A stretch of DNA of 64,000 nucleotides from Octopus vulgaris (lineage: Eukaryota): contig OX597838.1 of the NCBI GenBank assembly GCA_951406725.2, positions 23,498,001-23,562,000 of the forward strand, written 5' to 3'. The notes beneath the pieces are model-generated. The model searched no databases, was not told the origin of the DNA, and worked only from the letters and a program-made list of their open reading frames with translations. Positions 25,213 to 36,790 of this stretch are shown one piece after another (the first letter of the stretch is position 1; each line of letters begins with the position of its first letter). The position numbers were made by a program, and so were the translations under genes.

Positions 25213-25272
25213 TTGCCATATCGGACCGATTTCAGGGTTAGCTTATAACAGCCCTCCCTTCGTCAGTGATAA
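25213..25272 (-). ncRNA. Type I hammerhead ribozyme motif (Penelope-like context)
   Basis: TCA-CTGACGA-AGGG...CCCT-GAAA-TCGGTCCGA-TA-TGG: intact core, stem II, near-palindromic stem III, AUA triplet; stem I weak. Confidence 0.7.
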
Positions 25273-25548
25273 ATGTGGCAAAAAGAAATAAATGAGATAC
25301 TTACTCACACCCATGGAAGAAGCGAACACTAAGTCATGAGCACAATTAAGTACCCAAAATACATCCAAAATAGAAATACTCCAGCCCATTCAAGACACGT
25401 GCGATTTGAACTAATGCTCTCACAGAATATTTTTTTCGGAAAAAATGTTATCCTACATTATATATATATATTTTCATATAGAGATAGTAGGACCCTTCAT
25501 CCCACCATATAAAAGAATTTCAATTTAAATACTTACTATTTATATCTC

Positions 25549-25643
25549 GGCTACACGTGTTTCTTGAGATTCATTTCCCGGTTCCTTAACCACGTCGTGT
25601 TTTGCTGGAGCCTTTCTTAAAATATAACCCCAATCATCAGGCC
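25549..25643 (-). ncRNA. Type I hammerhead ribozyme motif
   Basis: GGC-CTGATGA-TTGGGGTT..AATCTCAA-GAAA-CACGTG-TA-GCC: palindromic stem III ACACGTGT, GUA triplet, stem I GGC/GCC. Confidence 0.8.
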
Positions 25644-25729
25644 TCTACATCACATTATCATAGTTTGATACTAAAAACTATATTTTAATTTTTTAAACAA
25701 ATATGTGTAAATAGGTTTGCCGGACCCTA

Positions 25730-26215
25730 CTGTACAAGGTTGGCATATGAAGGTGCGAATTTTGTACCCATAGCCGTGCCCTTTATCTGTTGGTATGTCT
25801 TGTTAAATGAGAATGTGTTTTCTTCAAGTATTAATTGGGTGGCTTTGGTGATAGTCGGTTTTGAAATGTTTATCTATGAGTTCCCTGTATTTTTCTACCC
25901 ATTGTTTTATTTCTTCCAGACCCAGGGTGTGTGGTATGTTCGTGTATAAGTTTGTGACATCGAAGCTTGCAAATATGGTGTTTTCCAGAACTGAATTTGG
26001 AATGTGTGTGAGGAAGTCTGTCATCCCTTATGTAGCTTGGTATCAGTGGGCATAAAGATTTAAGGAGTACATCTATGAAGTGGCTTAGTTGTTGTTGGCG
26101 CCTGGGACCCTGCCACTATTGGTTTCATTGTGAGGTCTGAGGGCCTTTGTATTCTTATAGTGGTTCCTCTCTTCTTTTATGCTTATAAATATCTATAAAT
26201 ATAAGACCATCCAGA
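25730..26215 (-). mobile_element. Penelope-like element reverse transcriptase fragment
   Basis: KPIVAG, ASFDVTNLYTNIPH, FSFNKTYQQIKGTAMGTKFAPSYANL motifs. Confidence 0.9.
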
Positions 26216-26228
26216 TTTCTGAGTACCT

Positions 26229-26278
<50 letters not shown>

Positions 26279-26289
26279 TCTTTCTTTTC

Positions 26290-26750
26290 TTTTCCCCGTC
26301 TGTCTTGATAGACAATGGGTCGCGCCAAGGGTGGGGCCTACTTTGATGATGAGCAGCGTCTGCTGTGACTGAACAGTCCAATTCTAGAGTGGCAGTCCCT
26401 GGTACAGTTGCTGCCCACGAACATCGATGGGTACGTGTGGGGGTGTTGCTGCAGTTGTCCTCCTCCTGTCCCGCCTGTCCGACCACAGCTGTGCTCTCCT
26501 TTCCTCAGCCATGGAAACACCTTTCCTCACTGTCCGACGCCAGGCAGAGCGGTCAGCAGCTGTTACCTCCCACGTGTCCACACAGATATTGGCAGTCCTC
26601 AGGTCGCGCTTGCACACATCCCTGTATCGTAGCTGTGGACATCCCTTGGGTCGGGATCCCGTGGTGAGTTCGCTGTACAGGATGTCTTTAGGCATGCGAC
26701 CGTCCTGCATGCGGCAGACGTGTCCGAGCCAGCGCAGTTTATATCTCGAG
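26290..26750 (-). mobile_element. RTE-clade LINE 3' fragment
   Basis: LRWLGHVCRMQDGRMPKDILYSEL...RYRDVCKRDL...DRSAWR and C-terminal CHSRIGLFSH. Confidence 0.9.
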
Positions 26751-27154
26751 GTCGCTAGTGATGGCAACCCTCAAAATATATAAGACTGGAATAGTAGTGC
26801 TCAAATGAGCTGTATTCAGTTATTAATCCGAGAGGGGGCAATGTGAGCCGCAACTAAAGGAACATTACAAAATCCACAGAAAGATCAAACACATACATAT
26901 ATTCAATTATATCTACAGAACAGATATAAGGTCCAACGTTTAAAAATATAGTCATATATAAACATCATATAAAAATATATAAGAATCAATGTTGTATATA
27001 TATACGCTTAAAATCATAAAACATTTGGTATAAATTTGTCAAATTAAATATTTGGAATTTTAATACGTCATTTTAATGTCATTGTATATTTTATTGCCCC
27101 AGAGAAAACTACAGAGAAGATAAATATACAAATTTACAAAAACACATAAATGTT

Positions 27155-27236
27155 CATCTACGGTCCGTTTCGGAGACGCGCCAATTAATATGAAACATAT
27201 TATATATTTGAAATTGACACTCCCCTCGTCAGGATG
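27155..27236 (-). ncRNA. Type I hammerhead ribozyme motif
   Basis: CATC-CTGACGA-GGGGAGTGTCAATT..AATTGGCGCGTCTCC-GAAA-CGGACCG-TA-GATG: stem I CATC/GATG, long stem II, GUA triplet. Confidence 0.82.
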
Positions 27237-27397
27237 TTTTTTTTTATACACAACACATAGTACATGGAAACAAATGCACAATTACATACCAGCTATACGC
27301 GAAAGACCAGACATTACGTACTACCCCCCACCAAAAAAAAATTGGTGGAATGAAGGGGCCTACTATCTCTAAATGAATATATATGTATGTGTGTATA

Positions 27398-27766
27398 TGG
27401 AGGCGCAATGGCCCAGTGGTTAGGGCAGCGGACTCGCGGTTTCGATTCCCAGACCGGGCGTTGTGAGTGTTTATTGAGCGAAAACACCTAAAGCTCCACG
27501 AGGCTCCGGCAGGGGATGGTGGTGATCCCTTGTACTCTTTCACCATAACTTTCTCTCACTCTTACTTCCTGTTTCTGTTGTACCTGTATTTCAAAGGGCC
27601 GGCCTTGTCACTTTGTGTCACGCTGAATATCCCTGAGAACTACGTTAAGAGTACACGTGTCTGTGGAGTGCTCAGCCACTTACACGTTAATTTCACGAGC
27701 AGGCTGTTCCGCTGATTCGGATCAACCGGAACCCTCGTCGTCGTAACCGACGGAGTGCTTCCATCC
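27398..27766 (+). mobile_element. SINE family B
   Basis: Near-identical to 911-1270. Confidence 0.9.
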
Positions 27767-27917
27767 ATATGTGTATAAGTATATATGTGTGTGTGTGTAT
27801 ATGGCAAGGTATACTTGTGAAGGTACGATTTAATGTTTGGGATTTGGGATTCATCGGAACTGCATTTGTCAATGTAAAGGGTTTTTACTTTCGTAAAAGT
27901 AAAGCACTATATTTGTT

Positions 27918-28319
27918 GGCAGTGAGCTGGCAAAAACGTTAGCACACCGGGCAAAATGCTTAGCGGTATTTCATCTGTCGTTACGTTCTGAGTTCAAATT
28001 CTGCCAAGGTCGACTTTGTCTTTCATCCTTTCGGGGTCGATAAAGTACCAGTTTCGCCCTGGGGTTGATGTAATCGACTTAATCCCTTTGTCTGTCCTTG
28101 TTTGTCCCCTCTGTGTTTAGCCCCTTGTGGGTAATAAAGAAATAGGTATTTCATCTGTCATTACGTTCTGAGTTCAAATTCTGCCACGGTCGACTTTGTT
28201 TTCATCCTTTCGGGGTCGATAAAGTACCAGTTTCGCACTGGGGTTGATGTAATCGACTTAATCCGTTTCTGTCCTTGTTTGTCCCCATCTGTTTAGCCCC
28301 TTGTTGGTAGTAAAGAAAT
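27918..28319 (+). mobile_element. SINE family C, dimeric (second copy starts at internal GGTATTTC)
   Basis: GAGCTGGCA..GTTAGC..GAGTTCAAATTC..GTCGACTTTG..GCCCCTTGTGGGTAATAAAGAAATA. Confidence 0.9.
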
Positions 28320-29144
28320 GTTTGTTGGCATTAGTAAGCACATCAACTGTAAAAAAAAAAAAGAAAAAAAGCTAAAACCGGCTTCGGAACTTGATGGATC
28401 CTGGTTTTTCCAGCTCCTGTCAAGCCGTCCAACATATTCCAGCATGGAAAACGAATATGTTGTTTTGCTGTGAATTTACCTGGCTGTAGATAAGCTTTGT
28501 CTATTTAGAATTAACCCATGGACCTTGCTAATACACCTATACCCCAACCTTTTCTCATAACTCTGAGGAAACGGGATGGGTCTTTCTTTGTTTTGTTTTT
28601 TTTCTCTCTAATGAAACTTTCAGGCATAGTTTACAATTATATTAGAATTTAAAGTGGGAAAGATGGGTGCGCACGCATTCGTACATCACATAATTTTTCT
28701 CAAAATGTGATTCAGTGGCTCCCATTGACTCAATTTTGTCATTTGCGAGGTCTTTTTCTTTGACTTTTAGGTAACCTGACATTTTAAGGATCGTAAGATA
28801 CCTCGGAGAAAAATCAGGTTACCTCTATAAATCGATATATAACCAAGTGGTTTTCCTATGGCAAAATATTTTTCGGTACAAAACCAACACGTCTCCAATT
28901 CTTCGACATGATTCAGTATTTGTTCTTAAATTACAAATTCCTCCCATTTTCTGAATTTTTTGTGTCTACGTTAACTGATCGTTAATTTCTCTCTCTTTAT
29001 CTTCACTTCGACATTCCGTCTCGAGTGTCTACCTTAAGTTTCCTTTTCAAGGGAGGTAACTTCAACATTAGCTTTTAACTCCCTTGTGATGTATTCTATC
29101 ATTTAACATTTTCCAAGCGGGCATAGGTTGGACGATTTGACGAA

Positions 29145-29350
29145 AGGCGACGAGCTGGCAGAAACGTTAGCACACCGGGCGAAATGCGTCTGTCGTTACG
29201 TTGAGTTCAAATTCTGCCGAGGTCGACTTTGGTTTTCATCCTTTCGGGGTCGATAAATTACCAGTTACGCACTGGGGTCGATGTAATCGTCTTAATACCT
29301 ATGTCTGTCCTTGTTTGTTCCCTCTGTTTTTAGCCCCTTGTGGGTAATAA
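29145..29350 (+). mobile_element. SINE family C
   Basis: Same unit and tail. Confidence 0.9.
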
Positions 29351-29700
29351 ATAGGTTTGACAAAAGCTAGCAAAGTTAGGAGCCACGCCAGGTTTCATAG
29401 TCCGTTTTAGCATGGTTTTCCCTGCTCGATGCCCTTTCTAATGCCAACCACTTTACACATCTTGCTTTTAGATCAACTACAGTTAAAACCCTTTACGTTG
29501 ACTAGTAGTGTCAATGAATCACAAAATCCTAACATTAAATGGTGTTAATACAAATTAGATGCCGTGAATATTAAACGAGCAAATCGCATCAGAAGCATTA
29601 AATTTCACATATGGCGGCAGTCTGCTCTCAAGTATAGCTAGACCACTTCAAGCACAAATATAGCTTTAGTTCCTTAAGTGAGAACTGGTATGACTTTTGA

Positions 29701-29930
29701 GGCGGCGAGCTGGCAGAAATGTTAGCACGCCGGGCGAAATGCGCAGCCATATTTCGTCTGCCGTTATGTTCTGAGTTTAATTTCTGCTGAGGTCGACTTT
29801 ACCTTTCATCCTTTCGGGGATCGATAAATTAAGTACCAGTTACGCACTGGAGTCGATATAATCGACTTAATCCTTTTGTCTGTCCTTGTTTGTCCCCTCT
29901 GTTTAGCCCCTTGTGGGTAGTAAAGAAATG
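29701..29930 (+). mobile_element. SINE family C with TSD
   Basis: TSD GGTATGACTTTTGA at 29687-29700 and 29931-29944. Confidence 0.92.
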
Positions 29931-30179
29931 GGTATGACTTTTGAGCCCAGATACTCTTTAAAAAATATCTAAGATATTGCAAATGCATCTCTTCAGAATC
30001 TGTTTCAGCTTTTTTTTTTTTTTTTTTGTATCATTTGAGTGTTTTGATCTCTCTTTTGACCTCCGGAGGATTTGCACATTTTTTGCCAAAAATGATACTA
30101 AAAAGCATTTTGTATAAAACGATGGTATCAAGAGTTAATGCTATTTGATTGTAAACGAGAATTTTCCCTGGGTACCCTT

Positions 30180-30800
30180 ACAGGAATTTTCTCCCGACTA
30201 GCTCTTTTATCAAGCACATAGCATGACATGTTGAATAGTTTACTTGTGGCCGTCTTTGCTTCTTTTTCCACATTTTGTCTTGTCAATCGCTTGGAAGCTG
30301 GTAGTCTGCTTTGTATCTTGTGAGCCCGTTTTATCTTGCGAGCCCGTTTTATCTTGCGAGCCCGTTTTATCTTGCGAGCCCGTTTTATCTGGCGAGCCCG
30401 TTTTATCTGGCGGGCCCGTTTTCTCTCGCAATCATTAGCAAAAATTACGTTGGAATTTACTAATCTGCCATGGACTGACCAATTCTACTATATACATAGA
30501 TACATATGGACATTTGAATTTTCCACCTTGAATTGGTTGGAAACTGGTAGTCTGTTTCGTATCCTTTCAATTTCCTGCAGATAAAGCCGTTTTTCATGTT
30601 GGGCAAAGCTATTGGAATCGATATCATTGTTTGTCTGGCAAAGCACCTGATCAACAAAAGGAATGCAATTTAGAAATGAAAAAAAAAAAAACCCAGTGAA
30701 CTTACTCAAGTTCAATGCCAACTTGCCTCTTTATCTGACAATCTATTGGCAAAAATGACATTGAGAATTATTAATCTGTCATGGCCTGACCCATTATACC
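30180..30800 (-). pseudogene. Decayed coding-like segment, paralogous to 33240-33500; product unknown
   Basis: Peptide-level similarity between paralogues (DIDSNSF/GIDSDGF, KTALS, KTKCG); in-frame 18-bp repeat; many stops. Confidence 0.4.
30320..30422. repeat. 18-bp minisatellite (GCGAGCCCGTTTTATCTK, ~5.7 copies)
   Basis: Direct tandem copies; reads DKTGSQ repeats on the minus strand. Confidence 0.95.
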
Positions 30801-31168
30801 ATGTCAATGGACAGTGCTGTTTTCTGTCTCAAATTAAATGTACAAGTGAAAGTTGCTTTGGTACGCATTTGCCGGATTTAGGATAAACTTGTGATTCATT
30901 CAGCATTAATCCATGAACCATGGATTAATACAGGCTATGTTATCTTCCAATCTTCAACACTCATAAATTTAAACTACAGTGATACCACACAGCATGAATT
31001 TAATTCATTCCATGACTGAGCTCATCTTATTTACTCGTTTTACAAATCAATTTTACTTGTTGAAATCAGCTAAAACGTAATCTGTTCTAGCCCTCAAAAA
31101 TAATTTTTAAGGGTTTTAAAACAAAAGCTGTTTCAAGTAAAATGACAATTACAAAAAATGTAAAAATA

Positions 31169-31818
31169 TGTAAACTGGTTTTATTAAATGAATTACCCTT
31201 AAAGCTGGGATGGTTTGTAAACTAGTTTTATTAACTGAATTACCTTAAAGCTGGGACAATTTATAAACTGGTTTTATTAACTGAAGTACCTTAAAGCTGG
31301 GACAATTTATAAACTGGTTTTATTAACTGAAGTACCTTAAAGCTGGGACAATTTGTAAACTGGTTTTATTAAATGAATTACCTTAAAGCTGGGACAATTT
31401 GTAAACTGGTTTTATTAAATGAATTACCCTTAAAGCTGGGACAGTTTGTAAACTGGTTTTATTAAATGAATTACCCTTAAAGCTGGGACAGTTTGTAAAC
31501 TGGTTTTATTAACTGAATTACCTTAAAGCTGGGACGGTTTGTAAACTGGTTTTATTAACTGAATTACCTTAAAGCTGGGACGGTTTGTAAACTGGTTTTA
31601 TTAAATGAATTACCTTAAACCTGGGACGGTTTGTAAACTGGTTTTATTAACTGAATTACCTTAAAGCTGGGACGGTTTGTAAACTGGTTTTATTAAATGA
31701 ATTACCTTAAAGCTGGGACAATTTGTAAACTGGTTTTCTTAACTGAATTACCTTAAAGCTGGGGCAATTTGTAAATTGGTTTTATTAACTGAATATCCTT
31801 AAAGCTGGGACAATTTGT
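31169..31818. repeat. 46-47-bp minisatellite, ~14 copies
   Basis: Unit TGTAAACTGGTTTTATTAACTGAATTACCTTAAAGCTGGGACRRTT. Confidence 0.97.
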
Positions 31819-31954
31819 GTTCATACTGTGGATTTCTGCTCATAAGGCATAAATTCGCAAGTCTCTGCTCGTAGAGCAAATTACCCTGCAATGTGGCACT
31901 CACATGGTGAGGTTGCATTTAGTACTCAGGAAAGAAAGCCTCCTGGCGTAAGGA

Positions 31955-32240
31955 GCACAGGCGTGGCTGTGTGCTAAGAAGTTCGCTTCTCAACTACATG
32001 ATTCTGGGTTCAGTTCTACTGCGTTGCACTTTGATCAAGTGTTCTATAACCTTGGGCCAACCAAAGCCTTGTGAGTGGATTTGGTAGACAAAAACTATAT
32101 GCGTTTGTTCCCTCTCCACTGCTTGACAACCAGTATTGGTATGTTTATGTCCCCCTAACTTAGTTTGGTAAAAGGCACTAATAGATTAAGTGTACCAGGC
32201 TTAGTCCTGGGGCTGATTTGTTCAACTAAAACCCTTCAGA
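31955..32240 (+). mobile_element. Diverged SINE family A
   Basis: Head and body recognisable; tail truncated. Confidence 0.8.
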
Positions 32241-32560
32241 TGACAGATTATATAGTTGGTTGAAGTGGTTCTTGAGTATTACTGGTATTTGTTTTTGATT
32301 AAATTAAAAGAACCTTTCATATTACATGAATTATGGTGCATACGGATCATGTCGCAAACTGATCTAGTTCTTTTTGTATCAAACGCATGAATATCATATC
32401 CATAAAGTCTACAATCCACTCAAAATATGAAATATGATAGTATTTCTTGCGTTTTTAAATTACTATTAACATTGACAGATTTCAAATAAAAATTAAAATC
32501 CAATTTAAATAAATTAATAGAAATATATTTATTGATGTTAATATAAATTAGAGGCAGTAA

Positions 32561-32792
32561 GGTAGCGAGCTGGCAGAAATGTTAGCATGCCGGGCGAAAT
32601 GCTTAGCAGTATTTCGGCTGGCTTTACGTTCTGAGTTCAAATTCCGCCGAGGTCGACTTTGCCTTTCATCCTTTCGGAGTCAATAAATTAAGTATCAGTT
32701 ACACACTGGGGGTCGATCTAATCGACTTAATCTCTTTCTGTCCTTGTTTGTCCCCCCCCTATGTTTAGCCCCTTGTGGGCAGTAAAGAAATA
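32561..32792 (+). mobile_element. SINE family C
   Basis: Full unit; TSD-like ATAAATTAGARGCAGT flanks. Confidence 0.9.
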
Positions 32793-33239
32793 ATAAATTA
32801 GAAGCAGTGAATGTAAGATGAACAGATTACTTCTTGTAGTGTGAGGGAGGAAAAAGGATAACAGAAAAAGAAGCAAACAGGAGAAAGAAATACAAAGGGC
32901 CTTACCTGTGGGCCTCGGCTGAATGAGTAATTACTCAAGAAATAAGTCTTTACTCAAACTGACCACACATGCTTCCTGCCCATGCATGCCCCTGTGGGTC
33001 TTCCGCTGGCCCCTGCAGTTTTCACTTCCCTTTTACCTCATTTGCCATCCTCTCCACCAACACCATATAGCTCATCTCCAGGTCCAAATTCTTGAATGGC
33101 AGTGGCATGGCAGGATTGTTAGCATCACTTCCCTTTTAACTCATCTGCCATCCTCTCCACCAACACCACATAGCTCATCACAGCCCGCCAACACCAAACT
33201 TCTGAAGCATTAAATCACACACACACACACAGCTACCTT

Positions 33240-36200
33240 CTGGATATCTTAAGAGATTTTCTCTAGACTAGCTCTTCTGTTAAGCCAATGCTCAGCCGTT
33301 TTCTTCTGGCTGCCTTTGCTTCTTTTTTCTCCCACATTTTGTCTTGGGTATTGTCAATTGGTTGAAATCCTGCAATTTCTGTCTCTTATCTTCTGTAGAT
33401 AAAGCTGTTTTTCATTTAATGGAAAAGCCATCAGAATCAATTCCATTATCTTTGGCTGGGAACAGAACCCAATATGATGTTTTGATTTGCTTAATCTACA
33501 AAGAATTACAAGTTCTTGGCGAGCACTTTCCAAGCTGGCATTTCATTGGATGATGGACCAGTTAAATAATCAACCACAGGAGATGATGTCTAGGCTTAAT
33601 TAGTTTCTTTCAATTTTTTTATAGTCCTTCCATAGTTTTCAGCATCATCGACAGTTGATAGAGGAAATATTGTCGTGTGACTTTATCATAACCTTTGTCT
33701 GAAAATGTAGTTGCTGTCTCTATTTTGGGCAAGACAAAGGTATATTATTCTCCCTGAAGCCTATTCTTAGACATATATTCAGGCATGGGATTGCTACATA
33801 TTGAAAGTGAAGTGTTGCAATGAATAGTAACCTTTCTTCGTTTGGCTGGCAAAAGTAAATTTGGGATGTTCCTGGTCCACTGTAAGGTATAAAACCTATT
33901 TTAATGAACTTCAATGAGACAGTGGTATGGCTGTTGTTAAGCAACAAGATGGGGAAGGGTGATTAGGTTATGGTCTAGGGCTTAGGGGCAGGAGATCCCA
34001 GACCTTGGAAAGAAAAAAAAAAAACTTTGGTCGTCTTGTAGTCGAGGGCTCTTCGTCGACGCCCAACACTACTGGGAGGTGGCCCTCGAAGTCGCTGGAA
34101 ATGGAGATCTCCAGGTCCAAATTCTTGAATGGCAGTGGCATGGCAGGATTGTTAGCATGCTGGGTAAAATGCTTACTGGCATTTCATCCCTCTTCACGTT
34201 CTGAATTCAAATGCTGTGAGGGTTGACTTTGCATTTCCTCCTTTTGGTGGGTGGGGGTGATAAAATAAGTACCAGTTAAATACTGGGGTCGAGATAATCG
34301 ATTTAGCTCCTCCCCCAGAATTGTTGGCCTTGTACCAAAATTTGAAACGACGATCACCAATATTGGAGATATCTTGGTATGATCTAGATGAGCTTTTTTG
34401 TAAAGAGACTGCATCTACAGATTTCTTATCTTTAGAGAACCCCAATGATACATGTTGAATCCTACAGCTATTCATTGATGCTTCAGAACATTGTTTTATT
34501 GATAGATGCTGACATTTGAATTTTTGTGTGGTGTGTTGATAAAAGGTCCTGAACCAAAATTTTCCATTGAAAATTTGTCTTTGTTAAAAATAGTCTGGAG
34601 CAATATAAAAAATTTAACCAATGGATCTTGGAGAACCTGAATGACTAGTCGGCTGTAAATTACTTTCACCCGAAAGGCTGGCAATTTTCAATTTGGGTGT
34701 GCTCCATGCAGTTTTCAGCCAGGATTTGACTTTGAATCTGATCCTGTCTGCAATTCACTGGAACCTCTTGGAGTCAAAGTAGATGCAGACTATTTGACTC
34801 AAACACTGGGGCAATTTGTAAACTGGTTTTATTAACTGAATTACCTTAAAGCTGGGACGGTTTGTAAACTGGTTTTATTAATTGAATTACCTTAAAGCTG
34901 AGACAATTTGTAAACTGGTTTTATTAACTGAATTACCTTAAAGCTGGGACAATTTGTAAACATCAGCTCTTGTGAAATTTGAACTCCCTTAATATTTTCA
35001 TAATTTCTGTGGATGGGTTCTGTGCTGAGACCAGTACTGTGGGTTTCTGGTAATCTTTCCACAGGAAAATTTACAGGATTGACTCTTTAACAATACTAGC
35101 TTTTAGAAATGGTATTAGAGATGTTTCCCTACCACTTCTATAATGAGGTGTGGGCCTATCAACTACCTTGGCACCATAAGCTTTTGCTTGCTTAACTTGA
35201 AATGCCATGATTAGCCTGGTCATAGAAATGTCGCCTTTTTTTACCTTTGTAACCATGGCAATTTTAATCATCTCCTTCACTACTGCAGTCCAAATTAATG
35301 TCAATTATTGCTCATAATTTCAAGCGTTTCAAGTTCACTAGTAATATCTGTTAGTAACTCTTTCTCAGTTCCCTTACAATAATTTCTATGTATCGGAGGA
35401 ACTCTCTCATTGGAGTTCTTTATTAAAATTTTTGAACAAAGCTTTGCATCATCAGAAAATGAAGATTTACAACGACTGGGCTAATCTAAAAAGCTCCTAC
35501 TGCTAGAGCAAAGTGTATTGTATTTTTTTAAAATTGTAATTTGTATTAGAAGAAACATCTGATTCAGACACATCAATGCTTTGTGATATGCTCAGATTCG
35601 TTGCTAGCTTCCAGAGCAGCCATGGCAGTTTCTAAATTTTTTAACTCTATCAATGTTTGTCAACTTTACTTCTTGTAGTTCTATCACCACCATTGCTCTG
35701 ATTTGAACTTAGATGATTTTTGTTTCTAGCTAACATCGGGCAAGACCCATTTCTCCTCTCTTGAATTGTAGCTTTCTTTTTGAGGCTTGCTGCCTGGAGG
35801 CACTCCAGATTCAGGGGGAAATGAAAGCAGTTTTCTTGTACTAGCTGTTTTTATTTTTTTTTTTTGACATCTCAAAGGTGGTTTGGCTACCAAAGGAGAT
35901 GATCCACTTCAGTCCGATTGTGATTATAAGTTCAGATTCTGCCACTGTGCTCTCGGAATTTTGTGAAATAATATCATGTATTTGATTCTGGTGAAATATC
36001 TTTTAATATTTCTATCTTCCATTTGATGTGCCTTTGGCAATGATTACTATTATTTAAATAAAACCTTGGATCTTCTAAAAATATTCCAACATTATTCATT
36101 TCACTAGATTCTTTTCCTAATGTTAGTCCTGTTCAAAATGAAGAAATTCAACTATTACAGGTCATTTGGCTAACATCAAACAGAATTTTTTTTCTTGGTC

Positions 36201-36490
36201 AATTCTCCTTTAGCTTCTTGGTCACCTTCAATAGTGTATGCTTCACTGAGTTTCTATTGCTTCAAGATTTTTAAATTCAGGAGAACTATCTGTAAAGGTT
36301 TTATGTCATTTCACAATATTTGTTTCATTCAAATTTTTCTAACCATAGTGACAATCTTGTTCTGTAGATGGGTCAATTATAGTTAAAACTATAATTTGAA
36401 AGGAACTACGTGTTTCTGTATTGGAAGATCAGAATGTATGTAATCTTCAGATTTATAATTCTACCAAGACATCTTCAGGTTCAGTTTTCA
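33240..36490 (-). pseudogene. Decayed large-exon-like sequence (S/K/N/E-rich), product unknown
   Basis: Short minus-strand open stretches with protein-like composition; paralogy to 30.2-31.9 kb; interrupted by a SINE C-like copy (~34130-34360). Confidence 0.3.
34807..34961. repeat. Second array of the 46-bp minisatellite, ~3.3 copies
   Basis: Same unit as 31169-31818. Confidence 0.95.
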
Positions 36491-36540
36491 AAGCATGAAA
36501 TAAAAAATTATAAATATAAATTAGCATACATATAATAGTG

Positions 36541-36790
36541 TGGAGGTGCGTGGCTTAGTGGTTAGTGTCAGCATCATGGTTGTAAGATTGTGGTTTCGAT
36601 TCCTGGACCAGGCGATGCATTGTGTTCTTAAGCAAAACACTTCATTTTATGTTGCTCCAGTCCACTCAGCTGGCAAAAAATGAGTAATGCTGCGATGGAC
36701 TGGCGTCCCGTCCAGCTGGGGAACACGTACGCCATTGATACCGGGAAACGGGGGCCATGAGCCTGGTTAGGCTTTAAAAAGGGCGCATTT
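36541..36790 (+). mobile_element. tRNA-derived SINE with V-domain-like GCGATGGACTGGCGTCCCGTCCAG (family D)
   Basis: tRNA-like head, CTTAAGCAAAACACTT body, tail shared with 61619-61730. Confidence 0.8.

Noticed and set aside
31169-31818. CRISPR-like regular repeat
   Set aside because: Units are contiguous with no unique spacers, the context is eukaryotic and there are no cas genes.
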